Origin: Escherichia coli | GTDB lineage: Bacteria; Pseudomonadota; Gammaproteobacteria; Enterobacterales; Enterobacteriaceae | Strand: one strand, 5' to 3' | Length of the DNA stretch: 64,000 nt | Assembly (NCBI RefSeq): GCF_044324785.1 | Contig: NZ_CP172127.1 | Shown here: in pieces, positions 1 through 10,877 of the stretch | How the letters are laid out: each line of letters opens with the position of its first letter | How positions within the stretch are numbered: the stretch's first letter is position 1 | Translations under genes and position numbers: made by a program | Notes under the pieces: generated by a model | What the model saw: the letters and a program-made list of their open reading frames with translations, nothing else | The model's database searches: none | Told to the model about the DNA's origin: nothing

Positions 1-1
1 A

Positions 2-574
2 GAGCAAAAAGAGGTGGTGAGCATTCTTGATAGCAGCAGCCGCAATTTGCAAAAGTTGATCGAACAACTGCTTGATTACAACCGTAAACAGGCGGACGGT
101 GCGGTGGAACTGGAGAATGTTGAGTTAGCGCCACTGGTGGAAATGGTGGTTTCTGCTCATAGCCTGCCCGCACGGGCTAAAATGATGCATACCGACGTCG
201 ATCTCAAAGCAACAGCTTGCCTGGCGGAGCCAATGCTGCTGATGAGCGTACTGGATAATCTTTACTCCAATGCGGTGCACTACGGGGCTGAATCCGGTAA
301 CATTTGCCTTCGCAGCAGTTTACATGGCGCGCGGGTTTATATTGATGTCATCAATACAGGCACACCCATTCCGCAAGAGGAACGCGCCATGATCTTTGAA
401 CCCTTTTTTCAGGGAAGCCACCAGCGAAAAGGGGCGGTGAAGGGCAGCGGTCTGGGATTAAGCATTGCCAGGGATTGTATTCGCCGTATGCAAGGGGAAC
501 TGTATCTGGTCGACGAGAGCGGGCAAGACGTTTGCTTCCGCATTGAATTGCCGTCGTCGAAAAACACGAAATAA
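2..574 (+). CDS. glrK: Sensor histidine kinase GlrK (QseE), C-terminal fragment; 5' end lies outside the window
   Basis: Open frame from window edge to stop at 574; translation has histidine-kinase ATPase motifs (NAVHYG N-box, GSGLGLSIA G-box); followed by qseG and glrR as in K-12. Confidence 0.85.
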   Translation, partial: EQKEVVSILDSSSRNLQKLIEQLLDYNRKQADGAVELENVELAPLVEMVVSAHSLPARAKMMHTDVDLKATACLAEPMLLMSVLDNLYSNAVHYGAESGNICLRSSLHGARVYIDVINTGTPIPQEERAMIFEPFFQGSHQRKGAVKGSGLGLSIARDCIRRMQGELYLVDESGQDVCFRIELPSSKNTK

Positions 575-732
575 TGCTAACAGCCTATCCCATCAGGCTA
601 TTTTATTTGCCAGTTTGGCCCTGGGCAGTGCTCGAAATCCTCACGTACGACGTGTACGCTCCGGTTTCTCCGCGCTGTCCATGTCCAGACTGCCTGCAAT
701 AATTACGCCCACTGGGATAGGCATTAAGTCTG

Positions 733-1452
733 GTGAATATGCGACACATTTTTCAACGATTATTGCCCCGACGGCTGTGGCTGGCAGGGCTGCCATGTCT
801 GGCATTGCTGGGTTGCGTGCAGAGTCACAATAAACCAGCCATTGATACGCCAGCAGAAGAAAAAATTCCGGTTTATCAACTGGCTGACTATCTTTCTACT
901 GAATGTAGCGACATCTGGGCGCTGCAAGGTAAATCAACCGAAACCAATCCGCTTTACTGGCTGCGGGCGATGGATTGTGCTGATCGTTTAATGCCTGCGC
1001 AGTCGCGTCAGCAAGCCCGCCAATATGATGACGGCAGCTGGCAAAATACCTTTAAACAAGGGATTTTGCTCGCCGATGCCAAAATTACGCCGTATGAGCG
1101 CCGCCAGCTGGTCGCGCGTATTGATGTGTTAAGTACCGAGATCCCGGCACAGGTTCGCCCACTGTATCAACTCTGGCGCGACGGTCAGGCGCTGCAACTG
1201 CAACTGGCGGAAGAGCGCCAACGCTACAGCAAACTTCAGCAGTCCAGCGACAGCGAGCTTGATACTTTGCGCCAGCAACATCACGTTCTACAACAGCAAC
1301 TGGAACTCACCACCCGCAAGCTGGAAAACCTGACCGATATTGAACGCCAGCTCTCGACCCGCAAACCGGCTGGAAATTTCTCGCCGGATACGCCGCACGA
1401 GGGTGAAAAGCCCGCGCCATCCACCCATGAGGTCACGCCTGATGAGCCATAA
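733..1452 (+). CDS. qseG: Outer-membrane lipoprotein QseG (YfhG)
   Basis: 239-aa ORF with signal peptide and lipobox (LLGC); Gln-rich coiled-coil C-terminus; position between glrK and glrR; true start may be the third codon (739). Confidence 0.8.
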   Translation: MNMRHIFQRLLPRRLWLAGLPCLALLGCVQSHNKPAIDTPAEEKIPVYQLADYLSTECSDIWALQGKSTETNPLYWLRAMDCADRLMPAQSRQQARQYDDGSWQNTFKQGILLADAKITPYERRQLVARIDVLSTEIPAQVRPLYQLWRDGQALQLQLAEERQRYSKLQQSSDSELDTLRQQHHVLQQQLELTTRKLENLTDIERQLSTRKPAGNFSPDTPHEGEKPAPSTHEVTPDEP

Positions 1453-2776
1453 ACCTGCGCATTTATTATTGGTCGATGACGATCCGGGATTGCTGAAACT
1501 GCTTGGCCTGCGTCTGACCAGCGAAGGCTACAGCGTGGTTACGGCGGAAAGTGGTGCTGAAGGATTACGGGTACTGAATCGCGAAAAAGTAGATTTAGTC
1601 ATCAGCGACCTGCGGATGGATGAAATGGACGGTATGCAGCTGTTTGCTGAAATCCAGAAAGTGCAGCCGGGAATGCCAGTAATTATTCTTACTGCGCATG
1701 GTTCTATTCCCGATGCCGTTGCTGCAACACAGCAGGGCGTTTTTAGTTTCCTCACCAAGCCTGTCGATAAAGACGCGCTATATCAGGCAATTGACGATGC
1801 GCTGGAACAATCCGCGCCAGCCACCGATGAACGCTGGCGCGAGGCGATTGTCACCCGCAGCCCGCTGATGCTGCGTTTGCTGGAACAGGCGCGGCTGGTG
1901 GCACAATCAGACGTTAGCGTTTTGATTAACGGCCAGAGCGGCACCGGGAAAGAGATTTTCGCCCAGGCTATCCACAACGCCAGCCCGCGCAACAGCAAAC
2001 CATTTATTGCTATTAACTGTGGTGCATTGCCCGAGCAATTGCTGGAGTCGGAGCTGTTTGGTCATGCGCGTGGAGCGTTTACTGGCGCTGTCAGCAATCG
2101 CGAAGGTTTATTCCAGGCGGCGGAAGGCGGTACGCTATTTCTCGATGAGATTGGCGATATGCCCGCACCGTTGCAGGTTAAACTGCTGCGCGTGTTGCAG
2201 GAGCGTAAAGTGCGCCCGCTGGGCAGTAACCGCGATATTGATATCGACGTGCGGATTATTTCTGCCACTCACCGCGACCTGCCAAAAGCGATGGCGCGCG
2301 GGGAATTCCGTGAAGATCTTTATTACCGCCTCAACGTTGTCAGCCTGAAAATTCCGGCACTGGCGGAGCGCACAGAAGACATTCCGCTACTGGCAAATCA
2401 CCTGTTGCGCCAGGCGGCAGAGCGACATAAACCGTTTGTCCGCGCGTTCTCTACCGATGCGATGAAACGCCTGATGACCGCGAGCTGGCCGGGTAATGTG
2501 CGCCAGTTGGTCAACGTGATTGAACAGTGCGTGGCGCTGACCTCATCTCCGGTGATTAGTGATGCGCTGGTGGAGCAGGCGCTGGAGGGTGAAAATACGG
2601 CGCTGCCAACCTTTGTTGAGGCACGTAATCAGTTTGAACTCAACTATTTGCGTAAGCTGCTGCAAATTACCAAAGGCAACGTCACCCACGCGGCGAGAAT
2701 GGCGGGGCGCAACCGGACAGAATTTTATAAACTGCTTTCCCGACACGAGCTGGATGCAAACGATTTCAAGGAATGA
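1442..2776 (+). CDS. glrR: Sigma-54-dependent response regulator GlrR (YfhA)
   Basis: Receiver domain (LLVDDDP), AAA+ sigma-54 activator motifs (GESGTGKE, GAFTGA), C-terminal HTH; start chosen at MSHKPAHLL giving 444 aa; overlaps qseG by 11 bp. Confidence 0.9.
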   Translation: MSHKPAHLLLVDDDPGLLKLLGLRLTSEGYSVVTAESGAEGLRVLNREKVDLVISDLRMDEMDGMQLFAEIQKVQPGMPVIILTAHGSIPDAVAATQQGVFSFLTKPVDKDALYQAIDDALEQSAPATDERWREAIVTRSPLMLRLLEQARLVAQSDVSVLINGQSGTGKEIFAQAIHNASPRNSKPFIAINCGALPEQLLESELFGHARGAFTGAVSNREGLFQAAEGGTLFLDEIGDMPAPLQVKLLRVLQERKVRPLGSNRDIDIDVRIISATHRDLPKAMARGEFREDLYYRLNVVSLKIPALAERTEDIPLLANHLLRQAAERHKPFVRAFSTDAMKRLMTASWPGNVRQLVNVIEQCVALTSSPVISDALVEQALEGENTALPTFVEARNQFELNYLRKLLQITKGNVTHAARMAGRNRTEFYKLLSRHELDANDFKE

Positions 2777-2800
2777 ATTGGCGTTATGTGTTACGTTTAG

Positions 2801-3175
<375 letters not shown>

Positions 3176-3187
3176 ACCGCGTCAAGG

Positions 3188-3213
3188 GTTGCCGGATGTT
3201 TCCATCCGGCAAC
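3188..3213. terminator. 11-bp stem-loop between the convergent glnB and hmp 3' ends; possible bidirectional terminator, no clear U-tract
   Basis: Inverted repeat gttgccggatg / catccggcaac with 4-nt loop seen directly in the sequence. Confidence 0.4.
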
Positions 3214-3219
3214 ATCAAA

Positions 3220-4410
3220 TCACAGCACCTTATGCGGGCCAAAGCATTCGTAATGAATGTTTTCCTGCTTCACGCCCAGATCCACTAACTGTTTCGCGGC
3301 AAACTGCATGAAGCCAACCGGGCCGCAGAGATAGAACTGCATTGTCGGATCGCTGAACGCACCTTCCAGTTTGCTCAAATCCATCAGACCTTCGCTATCA
3401 AACTGACCTTTAGCGCGATCGGCTTCGCTTGGCTGACGATACCAGGTGTGCGCGGTAAAGCGCGGCAGTGCTTGCCCCAGTTCCTTAACTTCATCGGCAA
3501 AGGCGTGAACATCGCCATTTTCTGCCGCATGGAACCAGTTCACTTGTGCTGTGTGGCCAGCTTTTGCCAGCGTGTCGAGCATTGCCAGCATTGGCGTTTG
3601 ACCGACACCGGCAGAGATTAACGTCACTGGTGTGTCATCTGCGACAGCCATAAAGAAATCACCTGCTGGAGCAACCAGTTTCACGACATCGCCAACATTG
3701 GCGTGATTGTGCAGCCAGTTGGATACCTGCCCGCCCTCTTCGCGTTTCACCGCAATACGATAGCCTTTGCCATCCGGTTTGCGAGTCAAAGAGTACTGAC
3801 GAATTTCCTGATGCGGGAAACCTTCCGGCTTCAGCCAGACGCCGAGATATTGCCCCGGACGGTATTCTGCCACTGCGCCACCGTCGACCGGCTCCAGTTC
3901 GAAGCTGGTGATAAGTGCGCTGCGCGGTGTTTTAGCCACAATGCGGAAATCGCGAGTACCTTCCCAGCCACCGGCTTTGCTGGCGTTTTCGTTATAGATT
4001 TCCGCCTCGCGATTGATAAATACATTAGCCAGTACGCCATAGGCTTTACCCCACGCGTCCAGCACTTCCTGGCCCGGGCTGAACATTTCGTCCAGCGTCG
4101 CCAACAGGTGTTCGCCGACGATGTTGTACTGTTCCGGTTTGATCTGGAAACTGGTGTGCTTCTGCGCGATTTTTTCTACCGCTGGCAGCAGCGCAGGCAG
4201 GTTTTCAATATTACTGGCGTAGGCGGCAATGGCGTTAAACAGGGCTTCACGTTGATCGCCATTACGCTGGTTACTCATGTTAAAAATTTCTTTGAGTTCT
4301 GGGTTATGAGTAAACATACGGTCGTAGAAATGGGCGGTTAACTTTGGCCCTGTTTCCACCAGTAAAGGGATGGTGGCTTTTACTGTAGCGATGGTTTGAG
4401 CGTCAAGCAT
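3220..4410 (-). CDS. hmp: Flavohemoglobin (nitric oxide dioxygenase)
   Basis: ORF beginning [17 protein letters not shown] (396 aa) with globin domain plus FAD/NAD reductase domain; the ORF-track N-terminal extension was trimmed to this Met. Confidence 0.95.
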   Translation of the reverse strand: MLDAQTIATVKATIPLLVETGPKLTAHFYDRMFTHNPELKEIFNMSNQRNGDQREALFNAIAAYASNIENLPALLPAVEKIAQKHTSFQIKPEQYNIVGEHLLATLDEMFSPGQEVLDAWGKAYGVLANVFINREAEIYNENASKAGGWEGTRDFRIVAKTPRSALITSFELEPVDGGAVAEYRPGQYLGVWLKPEGFPHQEIRQYSLTRKPDGKGYRIAVKREEGGQVSNWLHNHANVGDVVKLVAPAGDFFMAVADDTPVTLISAGVGQTPMLAMLDTLAKAGHTAQVNWFHAAENGDVHAFADEVKELGQALPRFTAHTWYRQPSEADRAKGQFDSEGLMDLSKLEGAFSDPTMQFYLCGPVGFMQFAAKQLVDLGVKQENIHYECFGPHKVL

Positions 4411-4436
4411 ATGGTCTTCCTTTTTTTGCATCTTAA

Positions 4437-4459
4437 TTGATGTATCTCAAATGCATCTT
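4437..4459. promoter_or_regulatory. NsrR-type operator in the hmp promoter
   Basis: On the hmp strand the sequence reads AAGATGCATTTGAGATACATCAA, a near match to the NsrR box as I remember it, 27-49 bp upstream of the hmp start codon. Confidence 0.6.
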
Positions 4460-4737
4460 ATAAAAAATAGCCCTGCAATGTAAATGGTTCTTTGGTGTTT
4501 TTCAGAAAGAATGTGATGAAGTGAAAAATTTGCATCACAAACCTGAAAAGAAATCCGTTTCTGGTTGCAAGCTCTTTATTCTCCAAAGCCTTGCGCAGCC
4601 TGAAGGTAATCGTTTGCGTAAATTCCTTTGTCAAGACCTGTTATCGCACAATGATTCGGTTATACTGTTCGCCGTTGTCCAACAGGACCGCCTATAAAGG
4701 CCAAAAATTTTATTGTTAGCTGAGTCAGGAGATGCGG

Positions 4738-5991
4738 ATGTTAAAGCGTGAAATGAACATTGCCGATTATGATGCCGAACTGTGGCAGGCTATGGAGCAG
4801 GAAAAAGTACGTCAGGAAGAGCACATCGAACTGATCGCCTCCGAAAACTACACCAGCCCGCGCGTAATGCAGGCGCAGGGTTCTCAGCTGACCAACAAAT
4901 ATGCTGAAGGTTATCCGGGCAAACGCTACTACGGCGGTTGCGAGTATGTTGATATCGTTGAACAACTGGCGATCGATCGTGCGAAAGAACTGTTCGGTGC
5001 TGACTACGCTAACGTCCAGCCGCACTCCGGCTCCCAGGCTAACTTTGCGGTGTACACCGCGCTGCTGGAACCAGGTGATACCGTTCTGGGTATGAACCTG
5101 GCGCATGGCGGTCACCTGACTCACGGTTCTCCGGTTAACTTCTCCGGTAAACTGTACAACATCGTTCCTTACGGTATCGATGCTAGCGGTCATATCGACT
5201 ACGCCGATCTGGAAAAACAAGCCAAAGAACACAAACCGAAAATGATTATCGGTGGCTTCTCTGCATATTCCGGCGTGGTTGACTGGGCGAAAATGCGTGA
5301 AATCGCTGACAGCATCGGTGCTTACCTGTTCGTTGATATGGCGCACGTTGCGGGCCTGGTTGCTGCTGGCGTCTACCCGAACCCGGTTCCTCATGCTCAC
5401 GTTGTTACTACCACCACTCACAAAACCCTGGCGGGTCCGCGCGGTGGCCTGATCCTGGCGAAAGGTGGTAGCGAAGAGCTGTACAAAAAACTGAACTCTG
5501 CCGTTTTCCCTGGTGGTCAGGGCGGTCCGTTGATGCACGTAATCGCCGGTAAAGCGGTTGCTCTGAAAGAAGCGATGGAGCCTGAGTTCAAAACTTACCA
5601 GCAGCAGGTCGCGAAAAACGCTAAAGCGATGGTAGAAGTGTTCCTCGAGCGCGGCTACAAAGTGGTTTCCGGCGGTACTGATAACCACCTGTTCCTGGTT
5701 GATCTGGTTGATAAAAACCTGACCGGTAAAGAAGCTGACGCCGCTCTGGGCCGTGCTAACATCACCGTTAACAAAAACAGCGTACCGAACGATCCGAAGA
5801 GCCCGTTTGTGACCTCCGGTATTCGCGTGGGTACTCCGGCGATTACCCGTCGTGGCTTTAAAGAAGCCGAAGCGAAAGAACTGGCTGGCTGGATGTGTGA
5901 CGTGCTGGACAGCATCAATGATGAAGCGGTTATTGAGCGCATCAAAGGTAAAGTTCTCGACATCTGCGCACGTTACCCGGTTTACGCATAA
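4738..5991 (+). CDS. glyA: Serine hydroxymethyltransferase
   Basis: 417-aa [19 protein letters not shown]... with the PLP-lysine region ([14 protein letters not shown]); divergent from hmp. Confidence 0.95.
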   Translation: MLKREMNIADYDAELWQAMEQEKVRQEEHIELIASENYTSPRVMQAQGSQLTNKYAEGYPGKRYYGGCEYVDIVEQLAIDRAKELFGADYANVQPHSGSQANFAVYTALLEPGDTVLGMNLAHGGHLTHGSPVNFSGKLYNIVPYGIDASGHIDYADLEKQAKEHKPKMIIGGFSAYSGVVDWAKMREIADSIGAYLFVDMAHVAGLVAAGVYPNPVPHAHVVTTTTHKTLAGPRGGLILAKGGSEELYKKLNSAVFPGGQGGPLMHVIAGKAVALKEAMEPEFKTYQQQVAKNAKAMVEVFLERGYKVVSGGTDNHLFLVDLVDKNLTGKEADAALGRANITVNKNSVPNDPKSPFVTSGIRVGTPAITRRGFKEAEAKELAGWMCDVLDSINDEAVIERIKGKVLDICARYPVYA

Positions 5992-6024
5992 GCGAAACGG
6001 TGATTTGCTGACAATGTGCTCGTT

Positions 6025-6048
6025 GTTCATGCCGGAAGCGGCATGAAC
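6025..6048 (+). terminator. 10-bp perfect stem-loop immediately downstream of glyA
   Basis: gttcatgccg gaag cggcatgaac; lies 34 bp after the glyA stop; the 3' flank (gcctta...) is not a U-tract. Confidence 0.45.
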
Positions 6049-6135
6049 GCCTTATCCGGCCTACAAAACTTTGCAAATTCAATATATTGCAATATCCGTG
6101 TAGGCCTGATAAGCGTAGTGCATCAGGCAATCTTA
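6049..6135. repeat. REP/BIME-type palindromic repeats between glyA and yphH
   Basis: Motifs gccttatccggcctaca and tgtaggcctgataagcgtagtgcatcaggca characteristic of enterobacterial REP elements. Confidence 0.6.
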
Positions 6136-6188
6136 GGTTTGTGATCATCAAGGCTTCCTTCGGGAAGCCTTTCTACGTTATTGCGCCA

Positions 6189-7382
6189 TCAAATCTGCCG
6201 TAACTGCGCCTCAACATACAAATAGCCAATTCCCAGCACCTGTTGTGCGCGGCTTAATTGCCCAAAGCCAATCTGTGTCGCTTTCACGCTCGGTCCTTCG
6301 TCGCGGTCGAAAGGGTTAAATCCCGTCTGGCGAATGATGGTATTAAGCCAGTTCTCACCAAAGGCACAACTGCGACCGTACAACCAAATCTGATTAATAT
6401 TGAGGATGTTGAGGAAGTTATACAGACTCAAACCAATGGCGTTGGCAGAGCGATCAACCCAACTGGTGATCCACGGTTCTCCACTCTGCCAGGCAGCGAT
6501 TAACTGCGCAGTAGTCAGTTTTTCAGGATCAAGCTGAGTATTAACCGGTTGTGATTTTAGCCATACCCGCGCCTGTTTTTTTAATGCGCTTAACGAGGCG
6601 ACGGTTTCCAGGCAGCCATAACGTCCGCAGTCGCAGACGACGCCATCCGGATTAACGATGGTGTGACCAATCTGTCCGCTACCATACAAACTGCCGCGAT
6701 AAATTTGCTCGTTAATCACGAACGACGAGCCAATGCCGTAATCAACGTTGATCACGCAGAAATCCCGGCCCTGCGAATTATTTTGCCATTTCTCCGCCAG
6801 CGCCAGCATCACGCAGTCATTATCGACCATCACCCGAATGCCGAGCTTCTCTTCCAGCAGATACTTTACCTCAACCGGCGTTGTCCACGGTGCTTGCGGC
6901 ATGGTTTGCGACACGCCAGTCACCGGATCAACCTGACCGTGGATTGCCAGCGCCAGGTTGATGGTACGGTCCGGCCACAATTTACGGTGGCGATGCCAGC
7001 ATTTTTCGATTTCGGACAGCAGCGCCTGCGGCGTCGGTGCATCAATCTGTAAATACTCAAATTCACCTTTCGGACTTAAACAGGCGTTAGCGACCTGACA
7101 CTCAATACTGGTGGGCGTCACGTTCAGGCACAGCGTCCAGTCACCTTCCGGCGCAATCAGCCATGTACCGCTACTATGCCCGCGCGTCTGGCTTTCATCG
7201 TCGATATTCACCACCCGTTTTTCGCTTTCCAGTTCCTGCAAAATATTACTGACCGCCGGAATCGAAATTTGCGCCAGCCGGGCCAGGGTTGATTTATTGG
7301 CGCGCTTTTGCCGGTACAGCAGTTCCAGAATCACGCATTTGTTATGGTGGCGAATCTGTTGATTATTAATGCAGGCTCTCAT
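6189..7382 (-). CDS. yphH: ROK-family (NagC/Mlc-like) transcriptional regulator
   Basis: About 397-aa ORF with N-terminal HTH and a ROK sugar-kinase-like fold (CxCGxxGC zinc motif: CDCGRYGCLE); divergent from yphG. Confidence 0.8.
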   Translation of the reverse strand: MRACINNQQIRHHNKCVILELLYRQKRANKSTLARLAQISIPAVSNILQELESEKRVVNIDDESQTRGHSSGTWLIAPEGDWTLCLNVTPTSIECQVANACLSPKGEFEYLQIDAPTPQALLSEIEKCWHRHRKLWPDRTINLALAIHGQVDPVTGVSQTMPQAPWTTPVEVKYLLEEKLGIRVMVDNDCVMLALAEKWQNNSQGRDFCVINVDYGIGSSFVINEQIYRGSLYGSGQIGHTIVNPDGVVCDCGRYGCLETVASLSALKKQARVWLKSQPVNTQLDPEKLTTAQLIAAWQSGEPWITSWVDRSANAIGLSLYNFLNILNINQIWLYGRSCAFGENWLNTIIRQTGFNPFDRDEGPSVKATQIGFGQLSRAQQVLGIGYLYVEAQLRQI

Positions 7383-7499
7383 CTTCACTAAACCTTGTTT
7401 AGTTAATTGCGTGATTATTCCGCGAAAACATTGCCAGATTGTTCAATACACTGCCACAAATCTTTTAATTCAGTATGTCTTGTTAATATTGAGGGCACC

Positions 7500-10400
7500 A
7501 TGACTCCAGTAAAAGTGTGGCAAGAGCGCGTTGAGATCCCGACCTATGAAACCGGGCCGCAGGATATACATCCCATGTTCCTGGAAAATCGCGTTTATCA
7601 GGGATCGTCCGGCGCGGTTTATCCCTACGGCGTGACCGATACGCTGAGCGAGCAGAAAACCCTGAAATCCTGGCAGGCGGTGTGGCTGGAAAACGACTAC
7701 ATCAAAGTGATGATCCTGCCGGAACTGGGCGGTCGGGTGCATCGCGCGTGGGATAAAGTGAAACAGCGCGATTTTGTCTATCACAATGAAGTCATTAAAC
7801 CGGCGCTGGTGGGGCTGCTGGGACCGTGGATCTCCGGCGGGATTGAGTTTAACTGGCCGCAACACCATCGCCCGACCACCTTTATGCCCGTTGATTTCAC
7901 CCTCGAAGCCCATGAAGACGGCGCACAGACGGTGTGGGTAGGCGAAACGGAGCCGATGCATGGTTTACAGGTGATGACAGGTTTCACCCTGCGTCCTGAC
8001 CGGGCGGCGCTGGAAATCGCCAGCCGCGTCTATAACGGCAACGCCACGCCGCGTCATTTCTTGTGGTGGGCCAACCCGGCAGTGAAAGGGGGTGAAGGGC
8101 ATCAGAGCGTTTTCCCACCGGATGTGACTGCGGTGTTTGATCACGGCAAACGGGCCGTCTCTGCTTTCCCCATCGCCACCGGCACTTACTACAAAGTGGA
8201 CTACTCCGCTGGAGTGGACATTTCTCGCTATAAAAATGTGCCTGTTCCAACCTCATATATGGCTGAAAAATCACAGTACGATTTTGTTGGCGCGTGGTGT
8301 CACGATGAAGATGGCGGTTTGCTGCACGTTGCCAACCACCATATTGCGCCAGGTAAAAAACAGTGGAGTTGGGGACACAGTGAATTTGGCCAGGCGTGGG
8401 ATAAGAGTCTGACCGACAATAACGGCCCGTATATCGAACTGATGACTGGTATTTTTGCCGATAACCAGCCCGATTTTACCTGGCTTGATGCTTACGAAGA
8501 GAAGCGTTTCGAGCAGTATTTCCTGCCTTATCATTCTCTGGGCATGGTGCAAAATGCCTCCCGCGATGCGGTGATAAAACTCCAGCGTAGTGAGCGGGGG
8601 ATTGAGTGGGGGCTGTATGCCATCTCTCCGTTGAACGGATACCGCCTGGCGATCCGCGAAATCGGCAAATGCAACGCGTTACTTGATGATGCCGTGGCCT
8701 TGACACCAGCGACCGCCATCCAGGGCGTGTTGCACGGTATCAATCCTGAAAGGCTGACCATTGAGCTCTCCGATGCCGACGGCAATATTGTACTGAGTTA
8801 TCAGGAACATCAGCCGCAAGAGTTGCCGTTGCCGGACGTCGCCAAAGCGCCACTGGCAGCACAAGACATTACCAGTACAGATGAAGCCTGGTTTATCGGT
8901 CAGCATCTGGAGCAATATCATCACGCCAGCCGTTCACCGTTCGATTACTACCTGCGCGGCGTGGCGCTGGATCCGCTGGATTATCGCTGTAATCTGGCGC
9001 TGGCGATGCTGGAATATAACCGCGCAGATTTCCTGCAAGCGGTGGCGTATGCCACTCAGGCGCTGAAACGCGCACATGCGCTGAACAAAAATCCGCAGTG
9101 CGGACAGGCGAGTTTGATTCGCGCCAGTGCTTACGAACGTCAGGGGCAATATCAACAAGCCGAAGAGGATTTCTGGCGTGCGGTCTGGAGCGGCAACAGT
9201 AAAGCCGGTGGCTATTATGGTCTGGCACGGCTGGCGGCGCGTAATGGTCACGTCGACGCTGGTCTGGATTTTTGCCAACAAAGTCTTCGCGCCTGCCCAA
9301 CCAATCAGGAAGTGCTTTGCCTGCATAATCTGCTGCTGGTGTTAAGTGGTCGTCAGGACAACGCGCGTTTGCAGCGTGAGAAACTGCTGCGTGATTATCC
9401 GCTGAACGCCACTCTGTGGTGGCTGAACTGGTTCGATGGTCGTAGCGAATCAGCCCTCGCGCAGTGGCGCAGTCTGTGTCAGGGACGCGACGTTAACGCC
9501 CTGATGACCGCCGGGCAACTGATTAACTGGGGAATGCCCACCCTGGCGGCAGAGATGCTGAACGCACTGGACTGCCAGCGCACGCTGCCGCTTTACTTGC
9601 AAGCCAGCATGCTGCCGAAAGCTGAACGCGGCGAACTGGTCACAAAAGCCATTTATGTCTTCCCGCAGTTTGTCCGTTTCCCGAATACGCTGGAAGAAGT
9701 GGCGGCGCTGGAGAGTATTGAAGAGTGCTGGTTTGCCCGTCATTTACTGGCCTGCTTCTACTACAACAAGCGCAGCTACAACAAAGCCATTACTTTATGG
9801 CAACGTTGCGTAGAGATGTCGCCGGAGTTTGCCGACGGCTGGCGCGGGTTAGCGATCCATGCGTGGAATAAGCAACACGATTATGAGCTGGCCGCGCGTT
9901 ATCTTGATAATGCTTATCAGCTTGCTCCGCAGGATGCACGTCTGCTTTTCGAACGGGATTTGCTGGATAAGTTAAGCGGAGCCACACCGGAGAAACGACT
10001 GGCGCGTCTGGAAAATAATCTGGAAATTGCGCTGAAACGCGACGACATGACCGCAGAACTGCTCAATTTGTGGCATCTCACGGGTCAAGCAGACAAAGCG
10101 GCGGACATTCTCGCCACGCGCAAATTCCACCCGTGGGAAGGCGGGGAAGGGAAGGTCACCAGTCAGTTTATCCTCAACCAGTTATTACGCGCCTGGCAGC
10201 ATCTTGATGCCAGAGAGCCGCAGCAGGCCAGCGAACTGCTTCATGCCGCGCTGCATTATCCGGAGAATTTAAGCGAAGGCCGTTTACCGGGGCAAACTGA
10301 CAACGACATCTGGTTCTGGCAGGCGATATGCGCCAACGCGCAGGGTGATGAAACTGAAGCGACGCGTTGTTTACGTCTGGCGGCGACTGGCGATCGCACC

Positions 10401-10781
10401 ATTAACATTCACAGTTATTACAACGATCAGCCGGTTGATTATCTCTTCTGGCAAGGAATGGCGCTGCGACTGCTGGGCGAACAACAAATCGCACAGCAAC
10501 TGTTTAGTGAAATGAAACAGTGGGCGCAAGAGATGGCGAAAACCAGTATCGAGGCGGATTTCTTTGCTGTTTCACAACCTGACCTGTTGTCGCTGTATGG
10601 CGATTTACAACAGCAGCATAAAGAAAAATGCCTGATGGTGGCGATGCTGGCGTCCGCGGGACTAGGGGAGGTTGCGCAATATGAATCTGCTCGTGCTGAA
10701 TTGACGGCGATTAATCCGGCCTGGCCGAAAGCAGCATTATTCACCACCGTGATGCCTTTTATTTTTAACCGCGTTCACTAA
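7500..10781 (+). CDS. yphG: Large conserved protein of unknown function with C-terminal TPR-like repeats
   Basis: Long ORF (1124 aa from 7407); start placed at MTPVKVW (7500), which has a GAGGG Shine-Dalgarno, giving 1093 aa; first gene of the yphGFEDCB block. Confidence 0.75.
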   Translation: MTPVKVWQERVEIPTYETGPQDIHPMFLENRVYQGSSGAVYPYGVTDTLSEQKTLKSWQAVWLENDYIKVMILPELGGRVHRAWDKVKQRDFVYHNEVIKPALVGLLGPWISGGIEFNWPQHHRPTTFMPVDFTLEAHEDGAQTVWVGETEPMHGLQVMTGFTLRPDRAALEIASRVYNGNATPRHFLWWANPAVKGGEGHQSVFPPDVTAVFDHGKRAVSAFPIATGTYYKVDYSAGVDISRYKNVPVPTSYMAEKSQYDFVGAWCHDEDGGLLHVANHHIAPGKKQWSWGHSEFGQAWDKSLTDNNGPYIELMTGIFADNQPDFTWLDAYEEKRFEQYFLPYHSLGMVQNASRDAVIKLQRSERGIEWGLYAISPLNGYRLAIREIGKCNALLDDAVALTPATAIQGVLHGINPERLTIELSDADGNIVLSYQEHQPQELPLPDVAKAPLAAQDITSTDEAWFIGQHLEQYHHASRSPFDYYLRGVALDPLDYRCNLALAMLEYNRADFLQAVAYATQALKRAHALNKNPQCGQASLIRASAYERQGQYQQAEEDFWRAVWSGNSKAGGYYGLARLAARNGHVDAGLDFCQQSLRACPTNQEVLCLHNLLLVLSGRQDNARLQREKLLRDYPLNATLWWLNWFDGRSESALAQWRSLCQGRDVNALMTAGQLINWGMPTLAAEMLNALDCQRTLPLYLQASMLPKAERGELVTKAIYVFPQFVRFPNTLEEVAALESIEECWFARHLLACFYYNKRSYNKAITLWQRCVEMSPEFADGWRGLAIHAWNKQHDYELAARYLDNAYQLAPQDARLLFERDLLDKLSGATPEKRLARLENNLEIALKRDDMTAELLNLWHLTGQADKAADILATRKFHPWEGGEGKVTSQFILNQLLRAWQHLDAREPQQASELLHAALHYPENLSEGRLPGQTDNDIWFWQAICANAQGDETEATRCLRLAATGDRTINIHSYYNDQPVDYLFWQGMALRLLGEQQIAQQLFSEMKQWAQEMAKTSIEADFFAVSQPDLLSLYGDLQQQHKEKCLMVAMLASAGLGEVAQYESARAELTAINPAWPKAALFTTVMPFIFNRVH

Positions 10782-10877
10782 ACCTTATTAACTGTAATAT
10801 TTGAGCGGCACGCGCTGCCGCTCACGCTCAAATAATTAAAATAAGCCGTTGTAAATAAAAACCCTACAGGAGGCACT

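Noticed and set aside
3703-4341. 212-aa + strand ORF antisense to hmp
   Set aside because: Lies entirely inside hmp on the opposite strand; low-complexity translation; no independent support.
4741-6030. 429-aa ORF on the - strand fully antisense to glyA
   Set aside because: Long antisense frames are expected opposite highly expressed, codon-biased genes; no start context or domain features; glyA on the + strand is unambiguous.
7407-7499. Upstream extension of yphG to 1124 aa
   Set aside because: It would start 19 bp from the divergent yphH start, leaving no room for promoters; the Met at 7500 has a GAGGG Shine-Dalgarno. The longer start cannot be fully excluded.
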